Assembly: GCF_000392435.1 (NCBI RefSeq)
Contig: NC_021219.1
Coordinates: 240,001 to 272,000, forward strand
DNA: 32,000 bases
Direction of reading: 5' to 3'
Source: Candidatus Saccharimonas aalborgensis
Lineage (GTDB): Bacteria; Patescibacteriota; Saccharimonadia; Saccharimonadales; Saccharimonadaceae
Position numbers and translations under genes: made by a program
Shown here: piece after piece, positions 30,984 through 32,000 of the stretch
How the letters are laid out: every line of letters begins with the position of its first letter
Numbering within the stretch: the first letter of the stretch is position 1
Notes under the pieces: model-generated
The model's input: the letters and a program-made list of their open reading frames with translations, nothing else
What the model was told of the DNA's origin: nothing
Databases searched by the model: none

Positions 30984-32000
30984 TAGTTTGCCTTTGGTGC
31001 GCGGGGATCGGGGGTATGGAGATATAATTTGGGGAAAAGTGGCGAGGCTTGCTCAGATGGTACGACTCCTGATTCAAACAGATTTCGAATCGCATCAGCG
31101 GTAGCGGGCATGAAGGGCGTGAGCAAGTCGGCAATTTGTAGCAACGTACTCACGGCGTGTGCCAAAACTTCCTCTAGGTGACCAGCAGCCTCCGCATCCT
31201 TCTCGCGCTGCTTTGCAATTTCCCAGGGTTTGACGTGCTCAAGATATTGATTGAGTGAGCGCACCATCACCCATGTTTCATCAAATGCTTTGTTGAACTC
31301 GAGATCTTCGACAGCTTTGCGATAAGGTCCCATGTCGTGCTCAGCCCTCGGCGCATCCCCGATCACGCCTGCCTGGTATCGCGTAATCATCGCCGCAACG
31401 CGCTGAACCAAGTTACCAAGATCATTGCCCAACTCGGTGTTGTAGGCTGTCTCAAACTTTTCCCACGTAAAGTCACCGTCTTCTTGGGTCGGAATATGCC
31501 TCATAAAGTAATAGCGAAACGCATCAGTACCATACTGGGTAATTACTTCTGTCGGACTGACACCGTTCCCCAGTGATTTGCTCATTTTTGTCCCACCAAC
31601 ATTAACAAAACCATGTACCAATAATACTTTTGGCAGTGATAGCTCAAGGCCCATCAGCATTGCCGGCCATATGCCAGCATGAAAACGCAGGATATCCTTG
31701 CCGATAACCTGTAGATCGGCCGGCCAATACTCTTGCCACGCGGGATTATCTGGATAACCAAGCACCGTGATGTAATTTGACAGCGCGTCGAGCCACACAT
31801 ACATTACCTGTGTATCATCTCCGGGAACACTGACACCCCAGCTAAGATTTTTGCGCGGGCGAGATACCGAAACGTCCTGGAGACCATCTTTTATGAGTTC
31901 CAGGAACTCGTTTTTGCGGAACTCTGGTACGATCTTCATGCGCCCGGTTTCGATGACTTCTCGAATCTTGTCGGAGAATGCACCTGTCTTGAAATAGTAG
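30983..32000 (-). CDS. metG: methionine--tRNA ligase, C-terminal two-thirds (5' end outside window), short form
   Basis: The frame stays open to nt 32000 (…YYFKTGAFSDKIREVIETGRMKIVPEF). KMSKS loop GGTKMSKSLGN and anticodon-binding helices. It ends without a Trbp111/EMAPII-like extension. TAATG overlap with tatD. Confidence 0.95.
   Translation of the reverse strand, partial: YYFKTGAFSDKIREVIETGRMKIVPEFRKNEFLELIKDGLQDVSVSRPRKNLSWGVSVPGDDTQVMYVWLDALSNYITVLGYPDNPAWQEYWPADLQVIGKDILRFHAGIWPAMLMGLELSLPKVLLVHGFVNVGGTKMSKSLGNGVSPTEVITQYGTDAFRYYFMRHIPTQEDGDFTWEKFETAYNTELGNDLGNLVQRVAAMITRYQAGVIGDAPRAEHDMGPYRKAVEDLEFNKAFDETWVMVRSLNQYLEHVKPWEIAKQREKDAEAAGHLEEVLAHAVSTLLQIADLLTPFMPATADAIRNLFESGVVPSEQASPLFPKLYLHTPDPRAPKAN

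Noticed and set aside
17098-32000. The long run of co-directional minus-strand genes with 1-nt (TAATG) and 4-nt (ATGA) overlaps, considered as a single novel system
   Set aside because: The genes are unrelated housekeeping functions (aaRS, tRNA modification, cell wall, GTPase). Internal promoters, terminators and RNA elements break the run. It looks like ordinary operon compaction.
1-32000. Search for tRNA genes, CRISPR repeats, transposase/integrase genes, inverted-repeat mobile elements and toxin-antitoxin or defence cassettes
   Set aside because: None found by eye. The only GGTTCGA-type string (about 11054-11060) lies inside the dedA coding sequence without a cloverleaf. There are no direct-repeat arrays and no recombinase-like ORFs.

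Overview
Gene-dense, compact bacterial chromosome segment. It is about half G+C by eye, and most genes are on the minus strand. The gene content is housekeeping: an LAPTG-anchored surface protein, a short AlaRS and MetRS, many 1-4 nt gene overlaps, and many start codons sitting just downstream of -10 boxes. This fits a reduced Gram-positive-type lineage such as Saccharibacteria/CPR, but that placement is inference only.

I call 31 protein genes: trxA, trhO, an ABC exporter, a wHTH-Nudix protein, an HrpA-like helicase, rplY, dedA, uvrA, sbcB, obg, a LysM-CHAP hydrolase, mltG, ruvX, ftsA-like, alaS, mnmA, a cysteine desulfurase, tatD, metG, two DUF218/YdcF paralogs, and several hypotheticals. 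A 22-codon candidate leader ORF is listed separately at low confidence. I saw no tRNA, rRNA operon, CRISPR array, transposase or prophage gene.

The unusual content is non-coding:
1. An ~0.83-kb GC-rich, ORF-free, heavily structured RNA gene lies between obg and sbcB (16204-17037, minus strand). It has a perfect consensus promoter, an intrinsic terminator and a 17-bp helix joining its two ends. I cannot assign it to any RNA family I know, and it is my lead candidate for something undescribed.
2. An orphan ~97-nt copy or mimic of the 23S rRNA GTPase-associated centre (H42-H44, the L11/L10/thiostrepton site) sits between dedA and uvrA (11448-11544).
3. A ~120-nt GC-rich three-way-junction element sits between alaS and ftsA (24495-24613).

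Secondary observations: long structured leaders upstream of the LysM-CHAP hydrolase and the ABC exporter, a recurrent leaderless-mRNA architecture, and DUF218 paralogs translationally coupled to two different tRNA-U34 modification enzymes.

All family assignments come from motif recognition by eye. No searches were run.
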